Shown: piece after piece, positions 53,439-64,000 of the stretch
How positions within the stretch are numbered: position 1 is the stretch's first letter
Layout of the letters: every line of letters begins with the position of its first letter
Source of the DNA: Eledone cirrhosa
Lineage: Eukaryota
DNA: 64,000 nt
Assembly: GCA_964016885.1 (NCBI GenBank)
Contig: OZ024741.1
Coordinates: forward strand, 94,116,001-94,180,000
Reading direction: 5' to 3'
The notes under the pieces: model-generated
What the model was told of the DNA's origin: nothing
Seen by the model: the letters and a program-made list of their open reading frames with translations, nothing else
The model's database searches: none
Position numbers and translations under genes: made by a program

Positions 53439-54647
53439 TTCTTTATTGGCCACAAGGGCTGACATCGAGAAAAACATTACAGACGGCACAGGACGGTACA
53501 GGACGGTACAAAAGGGCATTTCTGCGTGTAAAAAAAACAAAAAACAGATGATGTAATAATAGAACAATGAAAAAATTCCCCAATAGGGAGGTGACTTCGG
53601 AGGGACATTTGTGGAGAAAGCCCATTAAAAATCCACAGTGACCCTGACCACAGGGCAAGTGCCCTCTCCCAGTTTTCCACCTTTAATTTACAGACACATA
53701 CTCAGAGTAGGCCCATTCACTCGGGCCATTCTTGCCTCTCTCACCCATCTTTCAACAAAATGCTTGGAAGAGAGCACTTCCCTCTCTACCCTGATTTTCC
53801 TTTTCAAATGAAATTTGAAAAAGTTAATCAGCGCATCACCGAAGAGGTAAGTGCTCGTCTTCAGCCCTTTCAAACGTGTCCACCATACTATCTCTTTCGC
53901 CATGGCCACCAGACACATAAAAACTGCCTGCCCTTCCGGAAGAGGGCTGGGCAATCCTCACGATGGACTCAGATGATAGCTGGATCCGTCCTACACGCGA
54001 CAGCAGGTGTTCGACATAAACGCACAAGTCAGCAATGCTCGGACACTGGACGAGTGCGTGCAGGACGGTTTCGTCGCCCTGCGCGCATCTCGGACATGCC
54101 CGGCTGACGGCACCTCCATGCCTGTAGAGTTTACCCCTAACTGGCAAAGCTCCTCGGTAGCACTGCCAGGCCAGAGATTTCTGGAAGTTGTCCATAGGCC
54201 CCGGTCTGAAAGTTCTTCCGAAGAGATTGGCTAGTTGATTTTCGTCGACGCCTAGAGTTTCCCCAAGTCGGTCGTCGCTATTCCCCTCCACTAATCCTCT
54301 ATAGAACGCCAAGGTGGAGTTTCCACCGATCACATTGCCCGATTGGTCGAGGGCTTTGAGCGCCTGAAGACATTCCAGCCTCCAAGCTCTCCCTCTCGGT
54401 CTTCGCTTGACCCAGGACTGCAGCTCCCTCAAGGAGACGAGCTGGGGAAAGACGTGTATAGCAAACGGCGACCACACCTGATCACCGCCGAGGAAGAGGT
54501 GGAGATGTCGTAGCCCGAGCGCGTGTCTGCGCATCATCAGCCACGGCATGCCCAGTCCTCCACGTAGCAGGTGTTGACAGCAGATGGACCGCCTGACCAT
54601 CGGAGCGCGTCCCTTCCACAAAAAGCGAAAGAGCAATCGCTCCAGCG
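53439..54647 (-). mobile_element. 5'-truncated Tx1 copy D (same family) in the last intron of the SLC6 gene
   Basis: ORF2 C-terminus (LFRFLWKGRAPMVRR...CPRCAQGDETVLHALVQC) and 3' UTR near-identical to copies A-C; 3' end joined to (AAT)n at 53401-53438. Confidence 0.92.
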
Positions 54648-55188
54648 ATTGGCAAGCTATTTAGAACACAGCATGACTTGGCAAGCTATTTAGAACACTG
54701 GTTTAACCGCTTTACTTCCCTCCGAAGAAGAGATATTATCTCGAAAATTAAGGATATTTAAATAAATCTAAGGTAAAAGACTAATTGTCAACAATATCTT
54801 TTGCATTTGCATTCTTTATTCTATGTCCATACCTGCATTGTTTTGGCTTTATTATACATATACAAACGTTTATATATATACATATATATATATACATGTG
54901 TTGTTTACCAATGGGTAGAACTAGTCATTCCGGTTAGTAAACGATGATGCAATAAATTAAAGCACTCGAGGTTATGTAAATTAACCGTCGTATATGTGGT
55001 ATCCCATGGCTAGTGCAGGAACGGAGTTAAGTATTCATTTTTAGATGATGATGATGACACCTAAAATTACGGTGAAGTCCGTCAAGGTGACAAAATAAAC
55101 AGAGTTTGACCAATAAAATCTACCTGAAAAACTTTAAAATACATTTATACTTCTTTTCATAATATGTCAAGCACATTGTTGTACATAC

Positions 55189-55263
55189 CTCAAATCGTTT
55201 CACGAATTTAGTCCGTCGAATCTCGCTATGTTCCCACTCAGGTGATATACAGAGAGCTAGTTT
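55189..55263 (-). CDS. SLC6 transporter, C-terminal exon
   Basis: tcttcag|KLALCISPEWEHSEIRRTKFVKRFE|gtatgt, 75 nt; resembles the DAT/NET tail RLAY.I.PE. Confidence 0.85.
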
Positions 55264-56504
55264 CTGAAGATGAAAAAAAGTATAATAATTAATTCATTGC
55301 TACAAACTCATACATTATTCGGAAGTTTATGAGTTCATTCATTGAATGCATCACAATATTTTGTGATACTTATTTTAGTTACCCAAGATATATGAACAGC
55401 ACAGAAAATATTGATACGATTTGAACTCAGAATGTAGATGATAGAACGAAATATTTCAAGATTATTTAGTCAAATTCTCTACCTTTCTGCCAAACAGCCA
55501 CCTTAATAATGATTTCTTATTTAGGCACAAGGCCAACAATTTTCGGGAGGAAAGGGGCAAGTCGATTAAATCGACCCCAGTGCGTTACTGGTGCTTACGA
55601 CCCCGTAAGGATGAAAGGTAATCCTCCCTCGGCGGGATTTGAACTCAGAACGAAAATGACCGCAACTCTCTGCCGCAAAGCATGTTGTCCAACGCTCTAC
55701 CAGTACTGCCAATCCAACGCCCTATAACCAGCTTAATAATAAAAAGGATTAATGGTTTAAGTAGAATGTCACAACTTGGTGGAGGTTTTTGGCCAATCTA
55801 ATCCCTAAATTAAGGCAAATTTTTCATGTCAAACACATAAATGATGACGTCAACTCTTGTAGGTTTAGAAGTCAGAGCGTAAAGGAAAGTAACCGAATTC
55901 CGCAAGAAGTTAAGTCTGCCATTCTCTTTTTTCTGTCATCGAATGCCTTAATAATATTAATGAACATGCAGCAGAACGTGCATGTAACAATGACCTGTCT
56001 ACGGTAATCTTGGAGATCATTTTCCAGACTGACAAAGAGACCAATATGTTCCGTCTAAATATCATTATCAAATATGTCTCTATCATTTCCGAGAAAAACA
56101 TAGGATGAAAAAAGTCGGAAAATTATCCAAATGAAAAGCACTTTGAAATAAGCAAGATATGGTATCTGAGATACCATCAATTTTCGGTGTACGGTCTATA
56201 AAGAAGTTCATGAACAAAAACTTAAAATAGGCCATCGTTTACAATTGTCTAAATATAGCTGAAAATAGGCATGGAAATAACATCCTGTGACAAACACTTT
56301 CAACCAGGACAATAAAAGCATCCTGTATGCCCCTTATTTAATGTTTTGCAACACTTTCTCAGTATATTACTTGTATTATTATATTAGTCTCAAGGTCGGG
56401 GGATTGGCACAATCGTTAGAGCGTCAGCAAATACGTAGCAATATTTTCAGGCTCTTTACGTTTTGAGTTCAAACCCTACCAAGTTCAACATTCCCTTTCA
56501 TCCA

Positions 56505-57032
56505 TTTTGTATGCTGTTTATATTTGCGAGTCCTGGGATTTTTTGTTGTGTATCGATCTTTGTGTGTTTTTATCATTCCCAGGGCACCTATTATTATAAG
56601 TGTTGTTTCTATTTTCATCATCCACATTCGAGTTATTTCCATCTGTTGATATTTTATATTTGGATATGTTCTCCATTTCCTTGGCAGATATATTGTCGTC
56701 TGTGGCGATTGATATATCAATTAGAAAACATTTTTTTCTTTGTGGTCTTTGACCGTTCGGTTGGCTTTGATCTCTCTGCCTGTGTATATATCCCAGAATA
56801 TGGTTGCTTTGTAATTCTCTGATACCTTTTCTGGTGTGTGTCTGTACCATCTTTTTTCTGCTGGTATTTCATAATGTTGGCATAATTTCCAGTGCATGTA
56901 GGTCTCTACTCTATCATGTCTGTAGATGTATTCCCTATTGTCTAAGCCTTTCAGGACAAGTCTGTCCATTTGAATTAAAGGTAAAGTTCATCAGACAGGC
57001 TTCCAAACAGTTTCCGTCTACCCAGTTTTGCT
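56505..57032 (-). mobile_element. Degenerate R4/Dong-like RLE fragment
   Basis: Frameshifted REYIYRHDRVETYMHWKLCQHY...IFWD...ANR and IIIGALGMIK. Confidence 0.7.
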
Positions 57033-57589
57033 AACAAGGCATGGGTTTACACTAGGCTATGGTAAATATCCCTTGCCCAAGATGCCATGCAGTGACTTCA
57101 AACCCGACACATAATGATCACAGCCAACAGCATAATAACTACAACAATAAATATATATACAGGCAACATAAAAGTAATGTAATGATCAACAAAATCTGAC
57201 AACAAATTAGGTGCGATTTCGCCTAATCCCCTTAATAAGAAAATATAGCAAAAACGTGGGAAGCAGGATTGTATATCTGGTCGCGTCTTCAATTCGAGGA
57301 TAATGTCCTTTTATCCTTTTACGGGATTTGTGGGGCATAAAATGGATCATGAGCGCTTCAATAATGAAATAGCAATTTTTAAATCATGAGTGGGGACCCC
57401 TTCAGTATTCAGCATAAAGTTTGATTGCGAAGGATTCCAGGAAGACGGGAGCTTTTCAGAAGAAGCAGTAGTATGGTGATTCCATATATAAAATGAATTA
57501 AATTCACATTCCCCTCGTTCAATTTCCAACGATAATTTAAAACAAATGAAAAACATAAACACAATTTAAGAAATGGAAAATATATTCAC

Positions 57590-57769
57590 CTCTTTAAATG
57601 TCCCTTGAAATTTGGTCATTTGATAAATTGCCATAGCTGGGATGAATGCCATTGATGCTCCTGCGATTAGCCAACCAATAACATTAGCATGAAGAGGGTA
57701 GATGTAATGCTGACTGGAGCTTATATATTCCAACGGTTCGTATGTCACCACACTCGATATGACAATGAT
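57590..57769 (-). CDS. SLC6 transporter, TM12 exon
   Basis: caatag|IIVISSVVTYEPLEY...YPLHANVIGWLIAGASMAFIP...GTFKE|gtgaat, 180 nt. Confidence 0.92.
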
Positions 57770-58389
57770 CTATTGTTAAAAGATAAAATATATATCTGAC
57801 ATACACTAAGATTAATTAATTATAGGTTTTTAGAGGTTGGCATGTCTGGAATTGACTCACCAAATTCTCTGTTACTGCCACATTTGATGAATTTGTAAAG
57901 ATTTTCGTATTCCTTTTTACACAGCTCAAGTGAGACTCAAAATAGATTTCTGCTCCTATCCCGGTATCTACATACAGACATCACAAACTACATCTAAGAA
58001 AGGCCACGCGACTGTAGACCACAGATGCACTGGCCTCTCACTCCTCTTCTACAATTATTACAATGACCATGTCTCTCCGAAGATGGCTACTTTGGAACCA
58101 TCTGCACTCATGAATTCCCGAAATATTCCCCTCAATTCCCAAGTCTTCGCACTAACTATTGTGTCTCAGAACGACAACCCTAAGAAATTCACTCCATATT
58201 TATGTTTTCTCTGCAGTTGTCAACGTGTATCTGTTGAATATAAAGATTAACTGCTTTCAAAACAATAGAAAAACACAAAAACGGTGCACGTGTTCGCGAT
58301 ACAGATCTGCTCTAGGTTGTGCAGTAAATGCAATCAGTAAATATAAGACTACTGAAACGAAATATGAAAAAAAATATATATAATAATAC

Positions 58390-58490
58390 CATTAGAAGAA
58401 CTGGAGTGACAAACTTCCAGCAAATCCTCCAGTAAAAACCGGGACGGAAACCAAGCATTAGTTCGATATCATCACACAGTTGTCTGACGC
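58390..58490 (-). CDS. SLC6 transporter, TM11 exon
   Basis: tttatag|(G)VRQLCDDIELMLGFRPGFYWRICWKFVTPVLLM|gtatta, 101 nt, phase 1-0. Confidence 0.92.
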
Positions 58491-59134
58491 CTATAAAGGA
58501 AAAAAAAACAGCAGATAATCAATAAACAGAGACAATAAGTTAACAGATGACAACGGTATGGAAGAATCATTAGACATTATATATCTTTAAGAATGTACTT
58601 TTATAACACAAAACAAACTTAATCTGTATATTTCCAATTGAATTCTTTTGTTATTGTTATGACTACTTTTTTTCATTCAATGTTTACTGTCATATTCGAT
58701 ATACATTCTAATTATTGTCTGGGAGAATGTTTCATCAGTTTCAAGAACTGGATGATGGGGTTATCTCCATATCACGATAACTCTTAAATACTCAAATTAT
58801 TCTATCCGCTAGGAAATAATCAAAGCTATAGATTTCTAATCGTGGGATTAAGAAGTTTGCTTCAAAATCACTTGGTTCTGAGATCGATCTCATAGCGCAT
58901 AATCCGTCAGTTGGACCCAATTTAACTTTGTTCTTATGTGTATTTAGCGAATTTCCCTCTTATAATCATTTGAACTAAGTTTCAGGGTTCGATATGTTCC
59001 TCCCACTTGACCTTGTCAGTTCCAGAGACTTTGAAAAAGGTCATGAGCACTTTCCTTCTTTGAATGTATATATACATATGTATCTGTATATATATATGAA
59101 TGTATATGTATGTATATATATATGAATGTATATG

Positions 59135-59201
<67 letters not shown>

Positions 59202-59212
59202 AAATGTACAAG

Positions 59213-59306
59213 ACCCCGACGGCAGAGCTCAAGTCGTTTCGACGGCTATTTCTGGACTAAATTAGATATTTAACGTGGTAATAAATAGCCGAACTTTTCA
59301 AGGGGT
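59213..59306 (-). ncRNA. Degenerate hammerhead motif in a probable PLE pLTR
   Basis: ACCCC-TTGAAAA-(CGGCTATTT/AAATAGCCG)-GAA-A CGAC..GCCG T-C^GGGGT; two core substitutions. Confidence 0.55.
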
Positions 59307-59870
59307 AATTCCTTATATGGAAGATTGTAGTTGTCAAATGGATTGGTCAAATTTTTTTGTAAATCTTTCATGGTGGTGGGTGGTAGGTGGGGGTGGCTGA
59401 ACTTGCCTGTAGAACAATGAGGAAGTGGGTGGAGCCAGTCAAGCGTATGTGGGTGGAGCCAGTCAAGCGTATGTGTGTGCGCGCGCGTAGGTGTTTGTGT
59501 GCGTGAGTGTATGTTGGGCATGTGTGTATGTGCGCGTGAGTGTGTGTGTGTGCGTGAGTATGTGTGTGTGAGTGGTGTATTGAATACACGACTACGTTCT
59601 AATTTGATATTCGTTTCTTTTTTTCTTTTCATATACTCATCCATTTCTAATTGGGTTGGTTCACACAGCTACAGATGATAATCCATGTATCAAAGGACAG
59701 TAATATTTGTGTATGAGGAGCAATCTAAACTACAGTATCAAATCTATTTCACTCAGTGATAGCCAGAAACATCCTGAATTATTATAGAAATAACAGTTTA
59801 CCTTGCTTCATAATTATGTAAATGTTTTTTTATAATTCTATGGGTTTTAATATTATTATTATTATTATTA

Positions 59871-61255
59871 CAGTTGCATTTATCTTGCTTTATGTTCATA
59901 CGAGTTATCACCAAGTCACAACCAGTGACCTCAAGAGACAACAAGGTCCGCCATGTTCAAGAAAGAACATACATACACACACATGCATCTTTAGCTGTTT
60001 AGACTTGTGATGTACTTATATTGACAGAATCTTCCTTAGTATATGGGCAGTTCCCATTAGTACTATCTTTTGAATTTCTCCTATACGCGGGTTTCCTGGG
60101 ATTTGCGATAAGTAGTCATTAGACCCCTTAGGTATCATTCCTAGAGCGCCTACAACCACTGGTATTGTTTTAGTTCTCAATTTCCACATTTTTCCAATTT
60201 CTATCTCCAGGTCCTTACACTTGCTCAATTTTTCAAATGTTTTTATAGATACATTCTTGTCTATTGGAACGGACATATCAATTAGCAGCCATACCCTCTT
60301 TTTAAAGTAAGTCCTTCAATATTATATCAGGTCTATTTGCATCTATTTTTCGGTCTGTTTGGATGCTAAAGCTCCACAAGATTGAGATGTGATCTTTTTC
60401 AAGTATGGGAGGTGGCTGATGCTCCCACCAATTCTTTTGATGGGGCAGGTCAAAATGCTTACACATTATCCAATGTATGTATTGTGCAGCTCTGTCATGC
60501 CTGTTTAGGTATTCGGTTGGAGCTATAGGACTGCACATTGAAATTATATGGTCAATGGTCTCTGGTTGTTTTTTGCATACACGGCATAATGGGCTGCACC
60601 CATTTTTTATTATGTTGGCTTGGTAATTTTTTGTTGGCAGACACTGATCTTGTGCCGATATAATCAGTCCTTCAGTCTCCGATTTCAGTCCAGAGGATGC
60701 CAACCACTGATGGGTTAAAGTTTTGTCAACATCAGGATTGTTAGCTCTTTCTGGGTATTTTCCATACAGAGCCTTTTCTTGCCATTTCTTAGCCAGTTTC
60801 TGTAGCAGTTCTTTCTTTGCAGTTACTTTTACCTGCTTTGCTTTTTCTGTGTTTTCCATTTCAGCAGTAAATGGGACTTCTGAAATTTGTAGTCCATTAC
60901 TGTATCTTTGTGCATCTTTTGTAATGGAGTATGATCTTTTGATTCTTTCGTGTTTCAGAACGAGTTTGATCATCCATCATGTGATTCCCTTAGATATGTA
61001 GATAATCCAATTGTTGCAGTTTTCAACGCAATATCTAACTGGATTAACCCACGTCCTCCTTCTTTCCTAGGGAGATATATTCTATCTGTATCTGCCTTAG
61101 GGTGATGCATTCTGTGCATGTTTAAGAATTTTCTAATTTTTGTATCGAGCCTAAGGATCTCTGTGCTTGACCAGTTGATGACATTGTAACTGTAGGTTAC
61201 TACTGGTATGGCAAGCGTGTTTATGGCATCGATCCTATTCCTTGCATTCAATTCC

Positions 61256-61256
<1 letters not shown>
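59871..61256 (-). mobile_element. Second copy of R4/Dong-like family 2, 5'-truncated
   Basis: Near-identical reverse complement of ~24708-26068 including the 3' UTR; flanked by (ATT)n on both sides. Confidence 0.92.
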
Positions 61257-61294
<38 letters not shown>

Positions 61295-61295
61295 T

Positions 61296-61380
61296 TACTC
61301 GATTACATGTAAACCCCACTGTCCCCGTCTTTGTATTGTCCCCTATACTTCGGTCCTTGTGGCCAATAAATGAGACAATT
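61296..61380 (+). mobile_element. Tx1-like 3'-end stub
   Basis: Ends CCTTGTGGCCAATAAA..ATTATT like the 3' termini of copies A-D; lies between (ATT)n tracts. Confidence 0.5.
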
Positions 61381-61397
61381 ATTATTATTATTATTAA

Positions 61398-61830
61398 TGG
61401 ATTGGCAGTATCGGTAGGGCACCGGAAAACATGCTGCGTAGCATAGAGTTACGGCCCTTTACGTTCTGAGTTCAAATCCTGCCGAAAATAGCTTTACCTT
61501 TCATCTTTACAGAGTCGATGAAATAAAGTACCAGTAACGATCTGAGATCGATTTTTATCGATTTTCACCTCCACTTCAAATTGCTGGCCTTGTGCCTAAA
61601 TTTAAAACCATTATTATTATTTATTATTATTATTTTGTTGTTTGGGCGGTGGATTGGCAGTATCAGTAGAGGGTCGGACGCCATGCTTTCCAGCATAGTT
61701 ACGTCCCTTTACGGTCTGAGTTCAAATCCCGTCGAGGTTAACTTTGCCTTTCATCCTTACGGGGTCGATAAAATAAAGTACCAGTAATGCACTGGGTAAT
61801 TGCTGGCCTTGTGCCAAAAGTAGAAACAAT
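61398..61830 (+). mobile_element. Two tandem copies of the same SINE (61398-61610, 61644-61830)
   Basis: Same head, B-box, core and tail as 26091-26276; separated by (ATT)n. Confidence 0.8.
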
Positions 61831-61907
61831 TATTTTGTTGTTTTGAGGGAGAGGGAGAGAAACTGTGAGGACGATAGAGGAATCATGAAATTTGTATTTA
61901 AACGTAC

Positions 61908-62007
61908 CATAAAACCAGCTGACGCCAATGGCCTGGAAAAGCACAGCCACTAAAATTGATGTACCCGCAGCAAACGTGTCGAGAATTTTGAATACGTACA
62001 TTCCACC
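61908..62007 (-). CDS. SLC6 monoamine (DAT/NET-like) transporter, TM10 exon
   Basis: ttttag|[34 protein letters not shown]|gtacgt, 100 nt; closely resembles the NET/DAT motif [24 protein letters not shown]. Upstream exons are outside the window or were not found. Confidence 0.92.
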
Positions 62008-62884
62008 CTAAAATCGAAAACAAAAAATATACATATCATTTGAAGGCAGACATTGGTAACAAGACGACGTGAATCCAATAACATACTGTTGTCTAACCGG
62101 AGTCTAGCCAACTCGGATCATTGAATGAACGCTATCAATTATGATCTTAGTATTGGAGGGGGGGGGGAGAGCTAACTGTACTACCAATGAAATTAAACTT
62201 GGCTACTACACAAAATAGCCCAGGTGAAAATATCCAAACTATCGATTCTGTTGACAAATAGTTCATGTATAATTCCTACTTTATACGAAAGAATGTTGTA
62301 TAGAAGTTCTATATATCTATGAATTATTAGGGGGTAATGCTTGAGTATTCGGCGTAGTGAGTTCTAAACAGGGTTTAGATTCATAATTGTCGTAATGTCA
62401 TTTAACCAAAGCCACTAGAAGAAGAAGAAGAAGAAGAAGAAGAAGAAGGGGTTGTTCATGAGCTTTACAAGCACTTCAAGATAGGTGAGATTGGTGTGAT
62501 TGATGTTGAAAATGTGTAGACCAAAGTCGGTAACAAAAACGAAGATGGGTAAAGAATAAAAATAAATAAAAATAAATTCAAATTAAAAAAAAAAGAAGAA
62601 AATAAGGCTTGTTTGCATAATTGAAAACGAATCGAATATTATTATTAATATTCGAAAAACTCAGATTACATTTATTGTATTCAGCCATGTAGAGCGAGCA
62701 ATTTTTTTTTTTTTAATTTGGCAAAGCCGGCCATTGATCGCTCGTGTACAGGAACTGACTGGCCTGTGGATCTGCTAATATGCAGATCTGACTGATCAGC
62801 CGGTCTGCTAATACGCAAATCAGGCCGATCAGTCACTGTATATTATATTTTAGAAAGTATCATATATTTTCACTAGCTCTGACA

Positions 62885-62966
62885 GTTGGCAGGTGAACAG
62901 TGAACTGTATTGATGAAGGGTATTACCCAGAAACATTAGTACCTGGAGTTCTGTTTACATGCCAAC
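62885..62966 (+). ncRNA. Degenerate hammerhead-like motif with long closing stem
   Basis: GTTGGCA.GTGAACAG/CTGTTTAC.TGCCAAC encloses TTGATGA-GGGT att ACCC-GAAA; stem III is poorly formed. Confidence 0.4.
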
Positions 62967-63252
62967 ATATATATATATATATATATTTTTAGGCGAATTA
63001 GCAGAGTCGGATGGAATGCTTTGTTGTATTCGCTCCGGGTCTCTACTCTATGAATTCAAATCCTGCCGTTGTCAACTTTGCTTTTCATCTTTCCGAGGTC
63101 GATAAAAAAAAAGTACCAGTCTAATATAGATTCTTCCTCTATATCTCTTTTCTCATTTCCTCTCCACACTTTCTATCTTTCTCAGTACTCAGGCCCAAGA
63201 AATGCCGTATGTCAATACGGCGTCCCTACGACTCTATCAGGAGTTACGGGAC

Positions 63253-63283
<31 letters not shown>

Positions 63284-63318
63284 TTGTTGTACAGCCGGCC
63301 ATGTTACTCTTCAATCTT

Positions 63319-63393
<75 letters not shown>

Positions 63394-63394
63394 T

Positions 63395-63457
<63 letters not shown>

Positions 63458-63564
63458 ATAATAATAAATTTGAAGACTAAAATCCAAAGAGGGCTCGGTA
63501 AGGATAAATATATATCAAATATATAATAACCGTAGAGCAAATATTTATTAAAATAACAGATTAA

Positions 63565-63615
63565 AGTTTAAGCAAAGAATCGCTGCTTTCACCCTTAACG
63601 GGATCTTCTGAAACT
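63565..63615 (-). ncRNA. Near-canonical hammerhead motif (U4A)
   Basis: AGTTT-CAGAAGA-tCCC gttaa GGGt-GAA-AGCAG..TTGCT-T^AAACT. Confidence 0.55.
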
Positions 63616-64000
63616 AACAAAGTCAATCTGTGAACGCAGAAGTGGATATTTCAAAAAACGTTGCAACCGGAGGAAGACAAGAAGACGATACTTTGGTTCA
63701 TGGAAACGTTCCCTGGCAAAGAACGGGAAAAAACGAATATAATACGTCATATGGTACACGTCATATGGTACATATGCTTTTGGTTATGTGTATACGGGAG
63801 TTTTGCGTCTGTGTGAGTATGCGGGTTCGTACGTATGTTGGGTGTATGTATATGTGTACTTCATGTTTCGGTTGACGTTGTCTCCGAAAATTTGTGTATT
63901 TACATGTAGGTATGTGTGTGTGCGCTTGTTATATACGTATTTATTTATTTATATACGTTTATTTAATTATTTATTTATTTGTATACACACACATATTTAT

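Noticed and set aside
55995-56055. AG...GT-bounded segment as an SLC6 exon
   Set aside because: The translation has no SLC6 similarity; 55189-55263 fits the expected exon.

Overview
AT-rich, microsatellite-dense eukaryotic genomic DNA; the SINE, LINE and Penelope content suggests a cephalopod such as Octopus (inference). Two spliced host genes lie on the minus strand. One is a complete 3-exon gene for a secreted protein with a signal peptide and two VWA domains (26577->896, 408 aa). The other is the last five coding exons of an SLC6 monoamine (DAT/NET-like) transporter (62007->53202). Intron 1 of the VWA gene (23.1 kb) is almost entirely a stack of retroelements inserted in one (AAT)n microsatellite: three near-full-length Tx1/L1-clade LINEs (minus), two R4/Dong-like RLE LINEs (plus) and a SINE, with a strict strand rule. 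The intergenic region (30-49 kb) and the transporter introns hold many Penelope-like fragments, long palindromes and about a dozen type I hammerhead ribozyme motifs read by eye (6 with an intact core). The most striking structure is at 30.6-33.4 kb. Two related non-coding tandem-repeat families (468-bp and ~429-bp units) each carry a hammerhead with an ACTAGT palindromic stem III and a Penelope-type inverted 5' segment, and one is nested in the other. This is a candidate retrozyme/circRNA system mobilised by Penelope-like elements.
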